A DNA stretch of 64,000 nucleotides from an uncultured Chloroflexia bacterium (GTDB lineage Bacteria; Chloroflexota; Limnocylindria; Limnocylindrales; CSP1-4), in contig CAVYBU010000008.1 of the NCBI GenBank assembly GCA_963766735.1, positions 319,744 through 383,743 on the forward strand, read 5' to 3'. A program made the position numbers and the translations under genes. The notes beneath the pieces are model-generated. The model did no database searches, had not been told where the DNA came from, and saw only the letters and a list, made by a program, of their open reading frames with translations. This document shows positions 48,484 through 57,631 of this stretch, piece by piece; within the stretch, counting starts at the first letter, position 1; each line of letters starts with the position of its first letter.

Positions 48484-49961
48484 CGAACCTGGCGGAGGCA
48501 CCCACCCCCACTCGTATCGTGTTTGGCACGGACGGGTGGCGCGCTCGCGTCGCGGACGAGTACACCTTCGAGAACGTGCGCCGCTGCGCAGACGGAGTCG
48601 CCCGCTACGTGATCGGGCGCGGGGAACAGGCGAAGGGCGTCGTCCTGGCGTACGACCGCCGGTTCGCCTCGGAGCACTTCGCCGCGGCCACGGCCGAGGT
48701 CCTGCTGGCCCACGACATCCCGGTGGCGATCAGCCGCACGGCTGTCCCCACCCAGCTGTGCTCCTTCGAGGTGGTCCAGCGGGGAGCGGCGGCGGGCGTG
48801 GTGATCACGGCCTCGCACAACCCCTGGACGGATAACGGGTTCAAGGTCAAGGCGCCGTCGGGTGCAGCCGCCGGCGCCGACATCCTCTCGGTCATCGAGG
48901 CGGGGATCGCCGTCAATGGAGGGACGGCGATCGAGCGTCGGCCGCTCGCGGACGCGGAGGCCGCGGGAATGGTCGAGTGGTTCGATCCCTTCGACGGGTA
49001 CGAGCAGTTCGTGCGGCGCACGATCGACCTGGACGCCATCAAGGCCGCGGACGTCTCGGTGCTGGTCGAGCCCCTCTACGGCTCGGGCTCGGGCTGGATC
49101 CCACGCCTGCTGGCCGGCGGTCGGATCCGCGTCACCGAGATCCACAACGAGCGCAACCCGTTCTTCGGCGGTGTCAACCCGGAGCCCATCCGCCCGCACG
49201 TGGACGAGGCGCTGGCGATGATGGCCGGCGGCGGGTACGACCTGGGCCTGCTGCTGGACGGCGATGCGGACCGGGCCGGTGCGGCCGACGAGCGGGGCAC
49301 GTTCCTCCACCAGCTGGAGGTCACGGGCCTGCTGATGTACTACATGGCCGAACACCGGGGCATGCGCGACCCGGTGGTCGTGTCGGTCAACAACACGTCG
49401 ACGGCGGCACATCTCGGCCAGCACTACGGGATCGAGACCCACGAGGTCCCGGTCGGGTTCAAGTTCATCGGCCCGCGGATGATCGAGACCGGGGCGATGC
49501 TGGGCGCAGAGGAGTCCGGCGGCTACGGCTTCGGGATGCACCTGCCGGAACGCGACGGCATCTACTCGGACCTGATGCTGCTGGACCTGTTCCTGCGGGA
49601 GAAGGCGCGCGGCAACTGGCCCGTCTCCCGCGCCGTCGAGCTCTTCCACGAGCTGGCCGGACCGTCGTTCTACCGGCGGATCGACGTGCACTTCGACCGG
49701 CCCACCTACGACGCCGTGAAGGCGCGGGTCCTGGTGGAGCTGCGCCGCCAGCCCCCCGCGGAGCTGGCCGGCGAGGCGGTGGTGAGGACCCAGGTCCTCG
49801 AGACGGGGGACGGTTTCAAGTGGTTCCTCGCCGACGGGTCCTGGCTCCTCGTCCGCGCAAGCGGCACGGAGCCCCTGGTCCGGGTCTACACGGAGGCGAG
49901 CACGCCGGCGCTCCGCGACGAGCTCGTCGTCACGGGCGAGAGCCTGGTGCGCGGCGGCTGA
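48480..49961 (+). CDS. Phosphoglucomutase/phosphomannomutase
   Basis: FGTDGWR, TASHNP, DGDADR, EESGG, RASGTEP. Confidence 0.93.
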   Translation: MTNLAEAPTPTRIVFGTDGWRARVADEYTFENVRRCADGVARYVIGRGEQAKGVVLAYDRRFASEHFAAATAEVLLAHDIPVAISRTAVPTQLCSFEVVQRGAAAGVVITASHNPWTDNGFKVKAPSGAAAGADILSVIEAGIAVNGGTAIERRPLADAEAAGMVEWFDPFDGYEQFVRRTIDLDAIKAADVSVLVEPLYGSGSGWIPRLLAGGRIRVTEIHNERNPFFGGVNPEPIRPHVDEALAMMAGGGYDLGLLLDGDADRAGAADERGTFLHQLEVTGLLMYYMAEHRGMRDPVVVSVNNTSTAAHLGQHYGIETHEVPVGFKFIGPRMIETGAMLGAEESGGYGFGMHLPERDGIYSDLMLLDLFLREKARGNWPVSRAVELFHELAGPSFYRRIDVHFDRPTYDAVKARVLVELRRQPPAELAGEAVVRTQVLETGDGFKWFLADGSWLLVRASGTEPLVRVYTEASTPALRDELVVTGESLVRGG

Positions 49962-50171
49962 CGGCCGGGCGACCCGCCTCCGAGCGATCTCCCGAGGGGC
50001 GGTCGACAGGGCCGCACGGCCCAGGACGATCGTGCCGATTCTGGGGCTGACCCGGGGGCGTCGACGGGTGTAGGCTACGTGCAGTGACCGCTGTCTCCGG
50101 TCTCGTGGGTCCGACCGGACGGCTGGCCCTCGTGGACGCCCTGCGCAAGGGTGACTGGAGGTAGATCGGCG

Positions 50172-50450
50172 ATGCACTCCTCTCTCATCGGCAAGGTCGA
50201 GAAGGCGAATCGCTATGCTCGCGAGTTGGATCGCATCTCGATCGAGCGCGTCGCCCTGACGTTCCGCGGTGACAACGACACCCATCACGTCAGCCTCGAC
50301 GCCGGCCAGTGGCACTGCACGTGCCACTACTTCGAGAGTTGGGGATCCTGTGTCCATCTCCTGGCGCTGGAGAAGATATTCGGGGTCATGCTCCCGGAGG
50401 AGGCCCAGGTCTCGATCTTCAACGCCACCCCGGCGGGCGCGCTCGCCTGA
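50172..50450 (+). CDS. Small SWIM zinc-finger protein
   Basis: WHCTC...CVH (CxC..CxH); GGAGG SD. Confidence 0.85.
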   Translation: MHSSLIGKVEKANRYARELDRISIERVALTFRGDNDTHHVSLDAGQWHCTCHYFESWGSCVHLLALEKIFGVMLPEEAQVSIFNATPAGALA

Positions 50451-50545
50451 CCGCCGACGGCCGGAGGGCCGGTCGCTCAACCCGGGTTGCAGGGAACGCC
50501 GCCGCGCCTGAGCACGGCGGCGTTCGGTTGAGCTGACCCCAGACG

Positions 50546-51109
50546 CTACGGCACCACGTCGATCCTCCAGTAGAAGGCTGTCCTCTCGCCGGACGGGAAG
50601 TGCAGCTCGACTTGCACACCCCACGGGCCAGCCTCGACCGGTGCCCTGAATGTGATCGGGTTCCGGGCCTGTGCGCTCCGATCGACGATGCGACCAGCCG
50701 TCCCGTCCCGGATCTGGGTCCAGGCGACGGTCCACTGCTCGGGCATGACGGCCGGGTCCAGGGTGACCAGAAGCGGCGTCCCCGCCCGCGCGTGCGCCGC
50801 GCTCGTGGGCACGATCCAGGGCGAGTCCGAGCCGAGCCCGTTCCAGAAGAACGCCCCCAGCTCGCCGGCCACCGGGCCGACCAGGCCGCCGGCGAGGGAT
50901 GCGGACGGCGGGCCCGGCACCTCCGTCGGGCGGGGAGATGGGATCGGGGTGGCGTCCGGCGCCGCGGAGCCCGGAGCCGGAGCAGAGGCGTTCGCCGATG
51001 GCCCGGGCGATTGCGGGCCGCCGACCGAGCAGGCGGCCGCCGTCAAGGCGACTGCGGTGGCCAGGATGGCGGTGGTGATGCTCGACATGAGGGCCTCCAC
51101 CAGGCTCAC
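50546..51109 (-). CDS. Hypothetical lipoprotein
   Basis: ALTAAAC lipobox, Pro-rich linker; 4-nt overlap with the upstream gene. Confidence 0.7.
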   Translation of the reverse strand: MSLVEALMSSITTAILATAVALTAAACSVGGPQSPGPSANASAPAPGSAAPDATPIPSPRPTEVPGPPSASLAGGLVGPVAGELGAFFWNGLGSDSPWIVPTSAAHARAGTPLLVTLDPAVMPEQWTVAWTQIRDGTAGRIVDRSAQARNPITFRAPVEAGPWGVQVELHFPSGERTAFYWRIDVVP

Positions 51110-52167
51110 TGGCCTGCGGCCTGGACGGACAGCGGGCAGATCTTCTGGGTGCAGCCCGCCGCCACCGCGATCCTGACAGCGGCGGAGGTCGACGTTCGTG
51201 TGCCCTCCGTCGACGTCGTGCGGTAGGCCGCGCGGTAGTCGCCGCTGCCGCGCATCGTGATGCTCGTGACGTAGGACCCCGCCGTGGCTCCCGACTTGAG
51301 GGTCAGTGCGTCCGTCCAGCTGCCCCCGCTGAGTCGCTGGAGGACGACCACCCGCCCGGCCATGGGGTTGTTCGACAGGCGTCCGCCGCCGGCGCTGGTC
51401 AAGGTGGCGGTGAAGGTGACCGTGGATCCGGCGACCACGCTTGTGGGTGCCGCGGCGAGCGTGGTCCGGGTCGGGACGTCCAGGCAGGTGCTGTAGGGGG
51501 TGGTCCAGGTGGCGACGTCGTACTGCTGCTGGAGGGTCGCCACGTCGCAGCGACCGAACACGTGGGCGTTCCAGCCGACTTTGGCCTTGGCGTGCGTGTA
51601 GGTCTGGACGACGGCGTCCTTGTAGTCGCTGTCGTCTGCGAAGTTGACGTGGTGGTCCAGGCCTAGCACATGCCCCAGCTCGTCCAGCATCACGTTCTCA
51701 GCGTCGTAGCATCCGGTCGGGTCGCCGTTCATCTCGCACCACCGGAGGGTGCCCCAGTCGAAGCGGTGCCCGTTCTCCCGCAACGAGATGGCGAACCAGG
51801 TCGGCGCGTCGCGGCGGAAGCAGGCCAGCCCGTTGACCCCGCACGGGACGTCGACGCCGTAGTAGACGGTGTTGCTGCCGGCCGTGTCGTAGGTGAACGT
51901 GGGCGCCTTCGACTTGCGCGACGCGTTCGAGTCTGCGGCGGCATCGTTGATCGCCGTGCGCATTGCGGCTGGCGGGGTGCCGCCGGTGGCCCACTTGAAG
52001 CGCAGGTTCGCGTTCTGGGCGAAGAGCCCGCCGGCCAGCACCGGATCCGGGCTGTGAGCGCCGGCCGGACCGGGCGCCCCGGCCACGAGGCCAAACAGGG
52101 TGATTGCCGACAGGCCCGCCGCGGCGAGGCGCCGCACGGCGCTGGACGTCGCTCGTCCCGTGATCAC
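51106..52167 (-). CDS. Secreted metzincin/matrixin-like protein with DExxHxxGxxH motif and C-terminal Ig-like domain
   Basis: Signal peptide; MLDELGHVLGLDH; T-rich beta domain; several Cys. Confidence 0.7.
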   Translation of the reverse strand: MITGRATSSAVRRLAAAGLSAITLFGLVAGAPGPAGAHSPDPVLAGGLFAQNANLRFKWATGGTPPAAMRTAINDAAADSNASRKSKAPTFTYDTAGSNTVYYGVDVPCGVNGLACFRRDAPTWFAISLRENGHRFDWGTLRWCEMNGDPTGCYDAENVMLDELGHVLGLDHHVNFADDSDYKDAVVQTYTHAKAKVGWNAHVFGRCDVATLQQQYDVATWTTPYSTCLDVPTRTTLAAAPTSVVAGSTVTFTATLTSAGGGRLSNNPMAGRVVVLQRLSGGSWTDALTLKSGATAGSYVTSITMRGSGDYRAAYRTTSTEGTRTSTSAAVRIAVAAGCTQKICPLSVQAAGQ

Positions 52168-53267
52168 GGAAGCACCTCCCCGAGGTTGAGGGCGGCATGG
52201 GTTGAAGGATCAAGGTGACGGGCGGCCGAGGGCTGTCCGACACGTCCGCGCGGAGCGACAAGCACCGCCCCTCCGGGCGTCTCGGCCCCGCTGGTGGCTG
52301 CCGAGGTCCGACGCAGGGGCATGAGCCCGCCGTCTGCGACGACCGTCGACCGCCGTCCGGTGCCCAGGTCCAGGACGGTGAGCCGGCCCGCCGCCGCCTC
52401 GAACACCAGCGACCCCGAACCCGAGCCATCGACCGAGGCCATCCCGGCCTCCTCGACCAGCACGGCCCGCCGGCCCGTCCGGAGATCCACCGCCTCGATC
52501 GGGCACGGCAGACCCGCACACGCGCCGTGGACGACGGCGCGATCCTCGTGGACGCCGACGAGTGGTCCCGTTCCCTCGAACGCGTCCACGCGCCCGGTGG
52601 AGGGATCGAGCACCCGCGTCCGACAGGCGCGTTCTCCGCAGGACGACACGCCGAGCCGACCGTCCGCAGCCCACGAGAGCTCCGTGACGAACGTCGGCCC
52701 GAACTCGCCATCCTCGGGCAGGCCGGCGAGCACGCGCGCGGAAGGCCCGCCTGCGACCGACCGCTGCCAGACGCCCTCATCCACGCGTGTCACCCGGTTC
52801 ACGCGGTGCTCCCAGACGGCCGAGCCGTCCGGCGCGAGGAGCGCGCCGCGGACCACCGCCCCGGCCTCCTGTCCCAGGGCCGTCTCGCATTCGCGCGCCA
52901 CGTCCAGCAGCCGGAGGCGCGAACCGGTCCCGTCGTCCTCGCCGACGAGCACCACGCCGTCCACCGGGCCCGAGGCGAAGGACTCCGGCTCCAGGACCAG
53001 GTGACGGGTTGGCCCCCCGACCAGCCCGATCGCCAGGTGCTGCCCGGCGAGCGACCCGCTCTCGTCCAGCGTTGGGTCCAGCCGGTACCACGCCGTTCTG
53101 GTCTCCACGCCGATGGGCATATCGCCGGCCCGGGCCTCCCCGCACGGCGGTGGCTGCCAGGGCGGATCCTCGGCGGCCAGGACCGGCGGCCGCCCGGCAC
53201 CGAGGATGCCGGCCAGCACCACCGTTGCGAGGGTCCCGGTTCCGACCAGGCATCGCACGATCTCCAC
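52164..53267 (-). CDS. Secreted beta-propeller-like hypothetical protein
   Basis: GTG after GAGGAGG; signal peptide; APDGSAVW, WAADGRL and LDPSTG blade-like repeats; CxxxxC pairs. Confidence 0.65.
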   Translation of the reverse strand: MEIVRCLVGTGTLATVVLAGILGAGRPPVLAAEDPPWQPPPCGEARAGDMPIGVETRTAWYRLDPTLDESGSLAGQHLAIGLVGGPTRHLVLEPESFASGPVDGVVLVGEDDGTGSRLRLLDVARECETALGQEAGAVVRGALLAPDGSAVWEHRVNRVTRVDEGVWQRSVAGGPSARVLAGLPEDGEFGPTFVTELSWAADGRLGVSSCGERACRTRVLDPSTGRVDAFEGTGPLVGVHEDRAVVHGACAGLPCPIEAVDLRTGRRAVLVEEAGMASVDGSGSGSLVFEAAAGRLTVLDLGTGRRSTVVADGGLMPLRRTSAATSGAETPGGAVLVAPRGRVGQPSAARHLDPSTHAALNLGEVLP

Positions 53268-53469
53268 GAGGGACCTCCTCCGGCGGGGTGAACGTGGTGG
53301 CGGGAGGAGGGCGAGGGGGCCATGGTGACCCTGTCGGATCACCTGCCACTTATGTCGGGCGAGTGGCCTGGCCTCTGTCGAGCCCACCGCACGCCTGGCC
53401 GGAAGGTTGGGCGCAGGGCCGCTGGAGGTTGACTCTGCACGGCGAGCGTCCTGCCGGTACGCTTCGTCC

Positions 53470-54198
53470 ATGTCCGGTCCCCGGCCGCTCATCGCCCTCG
53501 CCCTCGCGCTGACCCTCGCCGCCTGTGGCACGGCCGTGCCCTCGAGCGGGGCGTCGACGAGTTCCGAACCGCCCGCGCCTTCCGCCGCGCCGGCCACGGA
53601 CGCACCCGACGTCACCGCGGAGCCCGCCGACACGGAGGAGCCGATCGAGACGGAGCCCGCCGACACGGAGGAGCCCGTCGACACCGAGGAGCCCGCCGAC
53701 ACGGAGGAGCCGATCGAGACGGAGCCCTCCGAGACCATCGACCCGTCCGCATCTCCTGGTGCCTCCGACGGGCCGGCTGCAGAGTGCTCCGGCAGCGAGG
53801 CCAACCGGGAGTTCTACGATGGTGTGGCCGCAGCAGTCGACTGGACGGTCCTGTGCGCGGTCCTGCCCAAGGGCTGGTACGTATCGACCGGTTCGTACCG
53901 CCTCGCCAACGGCGGCAAGCTGGTGATCGGCTACAAGGGTCCCGGTGTTTCGACGCTGCAGCTGTCCGAAGGCGCCTTCTGCACGGACGGATCCGGCTGC
54001 GTGCCGGCCGGCACGGTGGGTGGCGAGGTCCCGTTGGGCCCGATGACCGGCACTCTTGTACGCCAGACCGACGGCGGGTTCTCCATCGTGGTCGACAGGG
54101 GCCTCAACCCGAGCTGGCTGCTGGAAACGCACGGCCAGGACGAGGCTGCCACGCTGGCCATTGGGGCCGCGCTCGCGGTGGTGACGCCGCAGGAGTAG
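53470..54198 (+). CDS. Lipoprotein with an acidic Pro-rich repeat linker
   Basis: LALTLAAC lipobox; EPADTEEP x3; Cys-containing C-terminal domain. Confidence 0.75.
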   Translation: MSGPRPLIALALALTLAACGTAVPSSGASTSSEPPAPSAAPATDAPDVTAEPADTEEPIETEPADTEEPVDTEEPADTEEPIETEPSETIDPSASPGASDGPAAECSGSEANREFYDGVAAAVDWTVLCAVLPKGWYVSTGSYRLANGGKLVIGYKGPGVSTLQLSEGAFCTDGSGCVPAGTVGGEVPLGPMTGTLVRQTDGGFSIVVDRGLNPSWLLETHGQDEAATLAIGAALAVVTPQE

Positions 54199-54257
54199 GC
54201 ACGCCAGGCGGGTCCCGCGGCTGGTCAGGGCGCCACCGCATCGGCGATGATGGCGTC

Positions 54258-55388
54258 ATGCGGATCGAAGACTTCGAGCTTGAGCGGTTCTTCGCACGGC
54301 ACGAGTTCGCCGTGCGCCACCTGCTCTGTGCCTCGGACGTGGAGGCATGGCCGATGGCGGACCTCCTCGCCCTCGCGGACCCGGAGGCGGCAGCCCTGTG
54401 GCACGGCCTCCGGCTGGGCTACACCGAGGCACCCGGGCACCCGCTCCTCCGGGCGGAGATCGCAACCCTCTACGAGTCCATCACCCCGGACGAGGTTGTC
54501 GTGTTCAGCGGCGCGGAAGAGGCGATCTTCGCGATCTCGAACGTCCTGCTGGGCCCGGGAGACCACGCGATCGTTGTCTGGCCGTCCTACCAGAGCCTGC
54601 ATTCGATCGCGCGGGCGGCGGGCGCGGACGTGACGCTGCACGAGCTGCACGCGGCCGATGGCTGGGCAATCGACATCGAGTTGCTGCGTCGCCAGGTGAC
54701 CCCGAAGACGAAGCTGATCGTCGTCAACGTGCCGCACAATCCGACGGGCGCGCTGCCGGACACCGCCACGTACCGGGCCGTTGCCGGGATCGCGGCAGAG
54801 GCCGGCGCCACGCTCCTCTCCGACGAGGTGTACCGGTTCCTGGAGTTCGATCCGACCGACCGTCTCCCGGCGGGTGCCGACGTCGGCCCGCACGGCGTCT
54901 CGGTGGGGGTGATGTCGAAGTCGTTCGCGCTCGCCGGCCTGCGGATCGGGTGGCTGGCGACCCACGACGGCCGGATCCTCGACGCCGCGGCCAGGTTCAA
55001 GGACTACACGACGATCTGCGCCTCGGCCCCCGCGGAGATCCTCTCCCTGGTCGCCCTGCGGGCACGGGACGTCGTGCTCGCCCGCTCACGGTCCATCGTG
55101 GGCGCGAACCTGGCGCTGCTGGACGGGTTCTTCGCCCGGCGCCCGGAGCAGTTCGCCTGGGTTCGGCCGCGGGGCGGCTCCATCGGCTTCCCCGAGCTCC
55201 GCGCAGGCGTCCCCATCGACCGGTTCACGGAGGACCTGATCGCCGCCGAGGGCGTGTTGCTGGCGCCGGGCTCCATCTTCGGGCACCCGGGCAACCACTT
55301 CCGCCTGGGTTTCGGGCGGACGGACATGCCCACGGCGTTGTCAGGGCTGGAGGCCTTTGCCGACCGGACGCTCGGCCGTCGCGGCTGA
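54258..55388 (+). CDS. PLP-dependent aminotransferase class I/II
   Basis: VNVPHNPTG, SDEVY, MSKSFALAGLRIGW. Confidence 0.92.
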   Translation: MRIEDFELERFFARHEFAVRHLLCASDVEAWPMADLLALADPEAAALWHGLRLGYTEAPGHPLLRAEIATLYESITPDEVVVFSGAEEAIFAISNVLLGPGDHAIVVWPSYQSLHSIARAAGADVTLHELHAADGWAIDIELLRRQVTPKTKLIVVNVPHNPTGALPDTATYRAVAGIAAEAGATLLSDEVYRFLEFDPTDRLPAGADVGPHGVSVGVMSKSFALAGLRIGWLATHDGRILDAAARFKDYTTICASAPAEILSLVALRARDVVLARSRSIVGANLALLDGFFARRPEQFAWVRPRGGSIGFPELRAGVPIDRFTEDLIAAEGVLLAPGSIFGHPGNHFRLGFGRTDMPTALSGLEAFADRTLGRRG

Positions 55389-55565
55389 CCGGCCCGACCC
55401 CGCCTCCACCCCGACGCCGGCCCCGACTCTGCGGGGGTCCTGCTCGCGGAGCCGTTGCGCCCCCGCTCCGGGACCACCGGTCCCGAGGAAGCGCCCCGTC
55501 CGGCCCTCCGGCGATCGGTGCCGCCGGAGCATGCTCTTCGTGACCAACTTGTCGGAGCTTTCACC

Positions 55566-56267
55566 ATGCCTTCTCGCGCGCCCCGTCGCGCCTTGATCCT
55601 TCTCGCCCTGGCCGCGGCATCGACCGTCGTGCTCGCGATGACCGTTGCCGCCTGCGGCCTGGCGCCGACCTCCCCGCAGGGGGGGGCGGTCCAGGGGGAG
55701 GGCCAGGTCACCTCGGAGGACCGCACCACGACCGCCTTCAGCCACGTGAGCGTCGGTGCCGGCATGCACGTGATCGTCCGGACCGGTGCCGAGATCTCCG
55801 TGACGCTGGCGGCCCAGGAGAACCTGCTGCCGCTGATCACCACGGACGTCCAGGGCGATCAGCTGGTGGTGGAGGTCGCCGCCCCGGGCATCTCCAGCAC
55901 GGAGCCGATCACGCTCACGATCCACCTCCCCGAGCTCGCGTCGATCGCGCTCAGCGCGGGCGCCAACGGCACCGCCGAGATCGTCGGCAGTGCGCTCACA
56001 GTGGATGTCTCCGCCGGCGCCACCATCAAGGCGATCGGCGAGGTGGACGCCCTCAAGTTGACTGCGTCGAGCGGTGCCAACGCAGCGCTGGGCGAGGTCG
56101 CGGCAGGGTCTGCCAGCGTGAACCTCACCGGCGGCAGCACGGCGGAGCTTCACGTCACGGGCGCGGTCACCGGCACTGCGGATGACGGCTCGACGCTCGT
56201 GCTCAGGGAGAAGCCGGCAAGTGTGGACGTTGTGACCAGCGGCGGCGCGAGCGTCCAGGGCGGCTGA
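55566..56267 (+). CDS. DUF2807 / head-GIN-domain lipoprotein
   Basis: TVAAC lipobox; AQENLLPLITT; repeated S(A/S)GA beta-solenoid motifs. Confidence 0.8.
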   Translation: MPSRAPRRALILLALAAASTVVLAMTVAACGLAPTSPQGGAVQGEGQVTSEDRTTTAFSHVSVGAGMHVIVRTGAEISVTLAAQENLLPLITTDVQGDQLVVEVAAPGISSTEPITLTIHLPELASIALSAGANGTAEIVGSALTVDVSAGATIKAIGEVDALKLTASSGANAALGEVAAGSASVNLTGGSTAELHVTGAVTGTADDGSTLVLREKPASVDVVTSGGASVQGG

Positions 56268-56288
56268 CGCCGCAGGGCGTGCCGAGCG

Positions 56289-57479
56289 TCAGGCGCGCTT
56301 GCGATCCAGGTCCAGGAACGGCAGTTCCACGACCTTGGCACCGACGCGGCCGCGACGTCCCTCGACGGTCCACTCCACCTGCAGCTTCGTGCCGACGCGC
56401 TCGTGGCGGGCCGGAACGTACGCGAGCGCGAGCGCCTGCTTGAGGATCGGGCTCCAGCCGTGCGAGGTGGCCTTGCCGACCTGGCGGCCGTTCGCGAAGA
56501 CCGGGACTGGGGAGCGGTCGACGTACGGAGAGATCCCCGGCGGCAGGCCCTGGTCGTCGAACAGCTTCTCGATGTCGTACCAGTCCAGCAGCAGGCCCAC
56601 GAGCCGACGATCAGGTCCCCCCGCCGCCACTTCAGCCTGGAGCGCGCGGCGGCCGACGTAGTCCGCCTTGTCGAAGCTCACGAGTTGGCCCAGGCCGATC
56701 TCGTAGGGGCTGTAGTTCTGCTCCGGGTTCATGGCGTGCCGGGCGGACGTGTAGTCCACCTCCAGCATGATCAGCCCGGCCTCGAGGCGCGTGACGTCCA
56801 GCGCCACGATCCCGGCCGGTCGGATCGCCCACGGCTTGCCGAGCTCGAACAGGGCGTCCCAGACCGCAGGCGCACCATCGGCCGGGATCCACAGCTCGTA
56901 GCCAAGGTCGCCCGTGTATCCGGTCCGGCTGACGTCGACGGTCACGCCGGCGATCGTCGTCGTTCGGCAGCGGAAGTACCGGAGGTCCGCGAAGTCCTCG
57001 CCGCTGGCCGCCTCCAGGACTGCGCGGCTGAACGGGCCCTGCAGGGCGAGGGCCGCGAGGGACTCCGTGACGTCCTCGATCATCACGTCCAGGCCCGCGG
57101 CGTTCTGGCTCAGCCAGCGGTACTGCGCGTCCGCCGCGGTCCATCGCAGCTCGTGCTCGCCCACGCGGTGGACGGTGCCATCATCGATGACCTTGCCGTG
57201 CTCGTCGCACCAGGGCGTGTAGAAGACCTGCCCCACCTTGAGCTTCGTCGCGTCGCGGGTGATGACGCGGTCGGCGAGGCGGATCACGTCCGGGCCGGTG
57301 AGCCGGTACTTGTACAGCGGGCTCACGTCGATGACCGCGGCCGTCTCCCGGATCGCGTTGTACTCGATGTCGTGGAAGTCCGCGTACACGGAGGAGGCGT
57401 AGTAGCCCGCCCACTCTCGCCACTGCATCTTCCGGTTCAGGGGCGCAGTGCGCGGATGGAATGCGGTACCGACGCTCAC
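56289..57479 (-). CDS. GcvT-family aminomethyltransferase (folate-binding)
   Basis: IDVSPL, GKVIDDG, LQGP, SRTGYTGDLGYE, RLEAG. Confidence 0.9.
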   Translation of the reverse strand: MSVGTAFHPRTAPLNRKMQWREWAGYYASSVYADFHDIEYNAIRETAAVIDVSPLYKYRLTGPDVIRLADRVITRDATKLKVGQVFYTPWCDEHGKVIDDGTVHRVGEHELRWTAADAQYRWLSQNAAGLDVMIEDVTESLAALALQGPFSRAVLEAASGEDFADLRYFRCRTTTIAGVTVDVSRTGYTGDLGYELWIPADGAPAVWDALFELGKPWAIRPAGIVALDVTRLEAGLIMLEVDYTSARHAMNPEQNYSPYEIGLGQLVSFDKADYVGRRALQAEVAAGGPDRRLVGLLLDWYDIEKLFDDQGLPPGISPYVDRSPVPVFANGRQVGKATSHGWSPILKQALALAYVPARHERVGTKLQVEWTVEGRRGRVGAKVVELPFLDLDRKRA

Positions 57480-57631
57480 GAGGCTCCTCCAGGGACGATG
57501 ACCGGGAGAGTATGCAGGAGATCAATGCAGGCTGGAGATGAGCCGTTCCCGGAGGTGGGCCGGCTGGCGACGCCGCGACCGGCGGGATCCGTGCAGCCCC
57601 ATCGATCCGGGACGACAGCAGGTCTGCAACC

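Noticed and set aside
56289-57479. Glycine cleavage gcvT
   Set aside because: No gcvH/gcvP or glycine riboswitch nearby; called only at family level
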